A stretch of 64,000 nucleotides of DNA from Candidatus Parvarchaeum sp. (GTDB lineage Archaea; Nanobdellota; Nanobdellia; Parvarchaeales; Parvarchaeaceae), in the NCBI GenBank assembly GCA_049965555.1, contig JBMFWF010000001.1, forward strand, positions 64,001-128,000. The letters run 5' to 3'. Shown here piece by piece: positions 59,334 through 64,000 of the stretch. How positions within the stretch are numbered: position 1 is the stretch's first letter; each line of letters begins with the position of its first letter. Made by a program: the position numbers and the translations under genes. The notes under the pieces are model-generated. The model had not been told where the DNA came from. It searched no databases and was given only the letters and a program-made list of their open reading frames with translations.

Positions 59334-60290
59334 ATGTCTGAAATTCCATTTAAAGGGGAGATAAGAAAAGATTACATAACAGGGTCAGACGTTATATTCA
59401 CATTCTCAAGAGACAAAAGACCAAAAGATTTTAAAAGCGAAGAAATAATGTATGGGAACAAAGAAAACTGCCCTTTTGAATACGGAAAAGAGAGTCTTAA
59501 TACTACAATAAAACTTATTGAGGATCCTTGGAAATTGAGGCTTATGTACAACAAGTATCCGATTGTAAACGAGGATATAGCGCCTTATAATGAAAACCCT
59601 GGTTTTTTCACAAGATATGCAAACTACGGCCATTCCTATGTGATAGTTGATACTCCTGATCATTTACAGAAATTCTATGAAATTGAAGACAGCCTTCTGC
59701 AAAAATGGTTTAAGCTTGTAGCTGAAGCAGAAAAAAGAGCTTATTCTGACAGCAATATAAAACAAGTTTATACTTTCAGGAACAACGGGAGCATAAGCGG
59801 CGGCAGTTTATACCATCCGCATACGCAGATAATAGGGTTCACTTTTGTTCTCCCGATAATAAAACAGGAGCTAGACATAATAAAAAAGAACAGAGGAAAT
59901 TGCATACTAGAGGAAGCTATGAAAAAAGAAAAAGAAAGGATATTAATAGAAGACGAAAAGGCAATCGCATTTGCACCGTACGGCTCAAGATTTAAAGGCC
60001 AATCAATAATAATGCCCAAGAGGCATATTGACTATGTTGGAAGGCTCGAAGAAGAAGAGACAATAAGCCTGGCAAGATTCATAAAAGAGATACTTAGGAA
60101 AAACAATATACTATTCGGCAGCCATTCTTACAATATAATTTTCCACGAACTAAAAGACAACAAAAAACTGCATTTCTATATAGAGATAGCTCCAAGATTT
60201 TCGAATTTTGGAGCGATGGAGCTTTCTGGACTTTACTTGAATTCGCTAAGGCCAGAAGAATATGTTCAAAGATTCAATGAAACTGTTTAG
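59334..60290 (+). CDS. galT: Galactose-1-phosphate uridylyltransferase (GalT-type HIT)
   Basis: R..RP, CPF, NKYP, F.N.G..SG.SL.HPHTQ. Confidence 0.9.
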   Translation: MSEIPFKGEIRKDYITGSDVIFTFSRDKRPKDFKSEEIMYGNKENCPFEYGKESLNTTIKLIEDPWKLRLMYNKYPIVNEDIAPYNENPGFFTRYANYGHSYVIVDTPDHLQKFYEIEDSLLQKWFKLVAEAEKRAYSDSNIKQVYTFRNNGSISGGSLYHPHTQIIGFTFVLPIIKQELDIIKKNRGNCILEEAMKKEKERILIEDEKAIAFAPYGSRFKGQSIIMPKRHIDYVGRLEEEETISLARFIKEILRKNNILFGSHSYNIIFHELKDNKKLHFYIEIAPRFSNFGAMELSGLYLNSLRPEEYVQRFNETV

Positions 60291-61271
60291 TCATTTTGAC
60301 AGCAAGGAAAGCAGCTCTGCCAGATCTTTATCTTTTCCGTACATTGCCACCCCTCCAACGAAAATCGCCTTCACTGCCGGATTCAAGTTTTTAACGTAGT
60401 TAAAGAAGTCTTTTCTATATTTTTCTTCAAGGTTTTCTCTTATAAGGACATCAAAATCCCCAACGTCATAGGATTTAAATTTAACCTTATCTATTAAATA
60501 GCCGTAAACAACGCCATCCCTTGCCTGCATATCTATTAAGTCGGTGATGTGATATTCATTGCCGGCTCCCCTTTTTACCTTGCCTATTTTATTCCCCCCT
60601 TCTTCATTTATGAGATATATTCCGCCTGCAACCGACAATTCAGTTGGGTTCTTTTTGACGTATTCCAAAACGGGTTTTTCTACTATCTTTTCTAGTCTAT
60701 AAAGATTTTCACCTAGATAACTGCCATACGCTGCGGATTTTTCAGTGATCTTTTCTATGTTATTTCTCTTCATAGAAACCAAGGTATTCCCATCATATTT
60801 TGAAAGCATCTCTTCTAACAAGGAGCTATTTCCAACCGTATTCTGCTGCATAACATCCGAAAACATAACAGCGCAGGGCTCTTCATTTATGAACCCGTCT
60901 TCGTATGCGACCTTAAGGCCTGCAGCCGTTCCTAACGGTTTGCCTGTCTTTCTGTTGACTGGCTGGAAATCCAATTGTATCCTTATTTTTCCATTTTCTA
61001 TCTCTTTTTTATATTCGCTTAAGTTTCTAGCAACATTTTCCTTGCTGAAATAGTCTAAAAGCACTTTAAAAGTGGGCAGGCCTTCCCTATCATTCCTTGA
61101 AACCACAAGTATGTCTCTTATCCCTGCGTTTATCATCTGGTATGCGATTATTTTTGACATCGGCGTCTGGCCCAATGGCAGCATCGGTTTTGGTATGTAA
61201 TAAGTAGCTGGCCTGGCCCTTGTTCCACTGCCAGAAGCAAGAATAACCCCTTTAGTTATATTATTTACCAT
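60291..61271 (-). CDS. Sugar-phosphate nucleotidyltransferase (GalU-like)
   Basis: GVILASGSGTR..P.T...PKPMLP, PLGTA, IVEKP, E..ITD, DVG. Confidence 0.85.
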   Translation of the reverse strand: MVNNITKGVILASGSGTRARPATYYIPKPMLPLGQTPMSKIIAYQMINAGIRDILVVSRNDREGLPTFKVLLDYFSKENVARNLSEYKKEIENGKIRIQLDFQPVNRKTGKPLGTAAGLKVAYEDGFINEEPCAVMFSDVMQQNTVGNSSLLEEMLSKYDGNTLVSMKRNNIEKITEKSAAYGSYLGENLYRLEKIVEKPVLEYVKKNPTELSVAGGIYLINEEGGNKIGKVKRGAGNEYHITDLIDMQARDGVVYGYLIDKVKFKSYDVGDFDVLIRENLEEKYRKDFFNYVKNLNPAVKAIFVGGVAMYGKDKDLAELLSLLSK

Positions 61272-61316
61272 AGCTTAATAGTGATATCATCGTATTTAAA
61301 TACCTAACTGGGGATT

Positions 61317-61970
61317 TTAATGGTGTGATTTTTTTCTGTTAGATTTGGACTTGCCGGTGAGAGCCATGAAAACTAAAGGGTAACTTATAATCGATACAAA
61401 GTAGAAGAAGGACGAGATATAAGGCAGAAGTCCTATTATAGAAAGAACAATGAAGAAAATTACAAACAATGCGAACAAATACCACCAATTCCCAAATGTA
61501 ATGTTCCAGCTCCTTTTTATAGCATCTGTAGGGCTTTTATCTTCTACTACTGATGAAACGGGGGAAAGAATCAATTTGAACATCAGATAGATTCCTGGAA
61601 TGATGAAGGCAATGAAACCTAAAGCTATTATGATCGAAGTCAAAAAAGTTGTTGCAAGCAAGGCAGGATACCTTTTCATAGTCTTGTTTATTATTTTACT
61701 GATGCTCTTCTTTTTTCCTGCTATCCTTACAAATGCCATTCCGCTTATGAACGTGATAGCGAGAAAAATTAAAACTGCGTAAATAGACAGGTAAACTATG
61801 TTTATAGGAGTTATACTTACAGAGCTTACATTTGTAATTTTGATAGAATATAAAGACACTGAAAATGCAATGTAAATTGCCGCATATACAAGCGCGAACG
61901 CAAAAAGCAAAGGATCAGTAAAAAGCAGCACAAAGCTCTTCTTGAAAACGGATAATACATCAAATGCCAT
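61317..61970 (-). CDS. Membrane protein (YciC/GDPD membrane-domain-like)
   Basis: FIIPGIYL, AIKRSW..T.GNW. Confidence 0.75.
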   Translation of the reverse strand: MAFDVLSVFKKSFVLLFTDPLLFAFALVYAAIYIAFSVSLYSIKITNVSSVSITPINIVYLSIYAVLIFLAITFISGMAFVRIAGKKKSISKIINKTMKRYPALLATTFLTSIIIALGFIAFIIPGIYLMFKLILSPVSSVVEDKSPTDAIKRSWNITFGNWWYLFALFVIFFIVLSIIGLLPYISSFFYFVSIISYPLVFMALTGKSKSNRKKSHH

Positions 61971-62040
61971 TTTAATTTGACAAAATCATAATATAAATAA
62001 GAATATACAGCAATAAATAAATCAAATTACTAGTAATTTT

Positions 62041-62391
62041 ATGGAAGAACTGCTTATAATGATATACGGTACGCATCCAAAAAGCAGAAAACTTTACGCC
62101 GAAGCTGAAAAGATAATAAATCTTATAAGAGAAAAAGGAAGCATAAACAGAGAAGAGCTGGCAAATGCACTAAATATAGACATAAATTCCCAAAACGGGA
62201 AAAAACATTTTTACAATTTAGTGTCCCCCATGTTTAATACGATATTGGTGTCGGAGCACAGGGGAAAAACAGTTTACTACAGGCTCTCTTACGACTTGTT
62301 CAGGGTTTATATAGATGGAATAAGGAGAAAGGCAAAATATTACCTTGTAAAGAACGCAGACAGTTTAAAGGAGGACTCGGACCAACAATGA
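62041..62391 (+). CDS. Winged-HTH protein
   Basis: IINLIREKGSINREELANAL...VYYRLS. Confidence 0.65.
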   Translation: MEELLIMIYGTHPKSRKLYAEAEKIINLIREKGSINREELANALNIDINSQNGKKHFYNLVSPMFNTILVSEHRGKTVYYRLSYDLFRVYIDGIRRKAKYYLVKNADSLKEDSDQQ

Positions 62392-62912
62392 AATATTATT
62401 CCGGAAGAGGAGATGACGGAAGAACTGATATAGCAGGCGGCAGGATAGAGAAAGATGACAATGTTGTAGAACTGATTGGAAACTTGGATGAGCTAAACGC
62501 CTTCATTGGCTATGCACTCTCCAAAATAAAATACGAAGACATAAAAGCAGAGATGAGAAAAGTGGAAAGGAAGATATATTTTATAAGCGCGTATGCCTCG
62601 GGTTATTCAAAGCTTGTAAAAAGAGAAAAGATAGAGATAAATAGAGAGGATGTTAATGAACTTGAAAAAGCTATAGATTCATTTGCAAAGGAAACAAATG
62701 ACATAACGAGGTTTTTGTATCCGAACGGAAGCGAAGCCGCTTGTGCAATAAATGTATGCAGAACCATAACTAGAAAGGCGGAAAGATCCGCAATAAAATG
62801 CAGCATCGAGAACAAAGAAGTGCTTGCCTATCTTAACAGGCTATCCTCTCTTTTGTTTGTTTTATCAAGGGTGGTAAACAAAAGAGACGGCTTTAGTGAG
62901 GAATTTTTTTAA
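62388..62912 (+). CDS. pduO: PduO-type ATP:cob(I)alamin adenosyltransferase
   Basis: Y...GD.G.T, G.LDELNA.IG, RT..R.AER, YLNRLS.LLF. Confidence 0.9.
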   Translation: MKYYSGRGDDGRTDIAGGRIEKDDNVVELIGNLDELNAFIGYALSKIKYEDIKAEMRKVERKIYFISAYASGYSKLVKREKIEINREDVNELEKAIDSFAKETNDITRFLYPNGSEAACAINVCRTITRKAERSAIKCSIENKEVLAYLNRLSSLLFVLSRVVNKRDGFSEEFF

Positions 62913-63430
62913 GCTTGAGCAACTACGACCCTTGTTTGTATCCCTAATTTCTTACCCATTTTGAACGCTGCATCTTTTGCAGCTGCGATATTTGCCTTAT
63001 CAACGTGTATTTCAAATATACGCTTTCCCGCAGAAAGCCTAGCTGCCAATCCTATTGGCTTGCCGAAAGATTTCTGCATACCTGATGAGAAACGGTCAGC
63101 TCCTGCCCCGGTAGCTAGCTTATGCTCCCTTAGAACTTGGTGTGGGTAAGCCACGACCACTATGTGAAAGTTCTGATCTGTTATTCTGTCTGTAAGGTAC
63201 TTATTAGCAACTATCCTTGCAGATTCTATTGCATTGTCTCTTAACTGCAATGATTTCTCAGAAAGCAGAAAGACTCTGCTGTCAAATTCTCTTTTTGGAT
63301 TTCCTGAATGATACTGCGTTATTTTAGGCCTCTGTGCAATTTTTATGTAACTCTTTGTCTTGTATTTTGACTTCCTGGTATAAGGCAGTTTCAACTCCTT
63401 GTACGCTCGTCCCGGTCTTAACTTTGCCAT
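62909..63430 (-). CDS. rpl10e: 50S ribosomal protein L10e (uL16)
   Basis: RP.R.Y, A.E.AR, YPHQVLRE.K...GAGADR...GM..SFGKP.G.AAR. Confidence 0.96.
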   Translation of the reverse strand: MAKLRPGRAYKELKLPYTRKSKYKTKSYIKIAQRPKITQYHSGNPKREFDSRVFLLSEKSLQLRDNAIESARIVANKYLTDRITDQNFHIVVVAYPHQVLREHKLATGAGADRFSSGMQKSFGKPIGLAARLSAGKRIFEIHVDKANIAAAKDAAFKMGKKLGIQTRVVVAQA

Positions 63431-63431
63431 A

Positions 63432-63632
63432 TTATCTCTTATCCTCCTTGTGCTTTGAAAGGTCTATAGTTATTTTTCCTGATAATTTTATGGGCTCCTT
63501 TATGTTTGGAAGCTTTATTTCCAGGTTATCTAGATCAAATGAAAACTTCTTGTTCCTGCCCCCAAGCATGCCTAACAGCATCTGCGGAAGCATGCCAAAA
63601 AGCTTATTGTTACTGTTATCATTCTTTTCCAT
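63432..63632 (-). CDS. Small hypothetical protein, paralog of 63719-63943
   Basis: Shared C-terminal pattern K.S..LD.LEI....K.P.KLS.KI..D.S. Confidence 0.72.
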   Translation of the reverse strand: MEKNDNSNNKLFGMLPQMLLGMLGGRNKKFSFDLDNLEIKLPNIKEPIKLSGKITIDLSKHKEDKR

Positions 63633-63718
63633 AGGATTATTATATACTCACAGATATTTATAAACGTTTATACGTCAAAGTAAGGGTTTTTTGCAGTCAG
63701 ATTAAAAAATAAAAGGCT

Positions 63719-63943
63719 TCACTGTTTCAGCTGCTTGTCTTCCTTGTTTTTACCGGAAAAATCCAGGTCTATCTTCGCAGAAAGTTTTACCGGGTACTTT
63801 AAACCCGACATGTTTATCTCAAGCTTGTCTAAGTTTATCGAAACCTTTCTTGGCCTTGTTTTCTGTTCATTCATGTTATCTTTTATGACCTTTGCTATTC
63901 CAGTTATTGCGTTATAAATCGCATTGTCTTCTTTATTTTCCAT
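63719..63943 (-). CDS. Small hypothetical protein, paralog of 63432-63632
   Basis: RKVSINLDKLEINMSGLKYPVKLSAKIDLDFS. Confidence 0.72.
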   Translation of the reverse strand: MENKEDNAIYNAITGIAKVIKDNMNEQKTRPRKVSINLDKLEINMSGLKYPVKLSAKIDLDFSGKNKEDKQLKQ

Positions 63944-64000
63944 AATAATAAAGTAAATTGGTAGAATATATACTTAACTTTAGCAATTACTTTTAGATTG

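Noticed and set aside
1-64000. CRISPR array or IS element
   Set aside because: No regularly spaced repeats, transposase ORFs or terminal inverted repeats were seen.

Overview
Gene-dense, AT-rich chromosomal segment from a small-genome archaeon. Gene content, extreme compaction and a Thermoplasma-type ATPase operon suggest an acidophilic DPANN lineage, most likely Parvarchaeota/ARMAN-like (inference). It is mostly housekeeping: partial rsmA/ksgA, smc, scpA/scpB, cdc48, a complete A/V-type ATPase operon (K-E-C-F-A-B-D-H-I), aRqcH, proS, leuS, trm5-like, rfcS/rfcL, a KaiC-like ATPase, topo VI A/B, Elp3, ftsY, prefoldin, ribosomal proteins, pelota, galT/galU-like and pduO. There are five intron-less tRNAs (Gln-TTG, Thr-GGT, Arg-CCT, Ala-CGC, Glu-CTC) and an RNase P RNA. 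I saw no CRISPR array, transposase or integrase. The most notable observations are: (1) a pilin-type-signal surface protein with two conserved DUF2341-like frames bracketing unrelated ~200-aa cassettes; (2) an unannotated 41-aa hyperacidic microprotein with its own promoter, 5' hairpin and strong RBS; (3) a GT2 glycosyltransferase split from its likely N-terminal anchor at a C_CCU_UUA slippery heptamer/7-bp tandem repeat; (4) an operon linking a Cas2/VapD-like protein, Cdc48 and ScpAB; (5) a 47-bp exact repeat between the two Cdc48 Walker A regions; (6) an atypical RNase P RNA. All calls are by eye from motifs; no searches were run.
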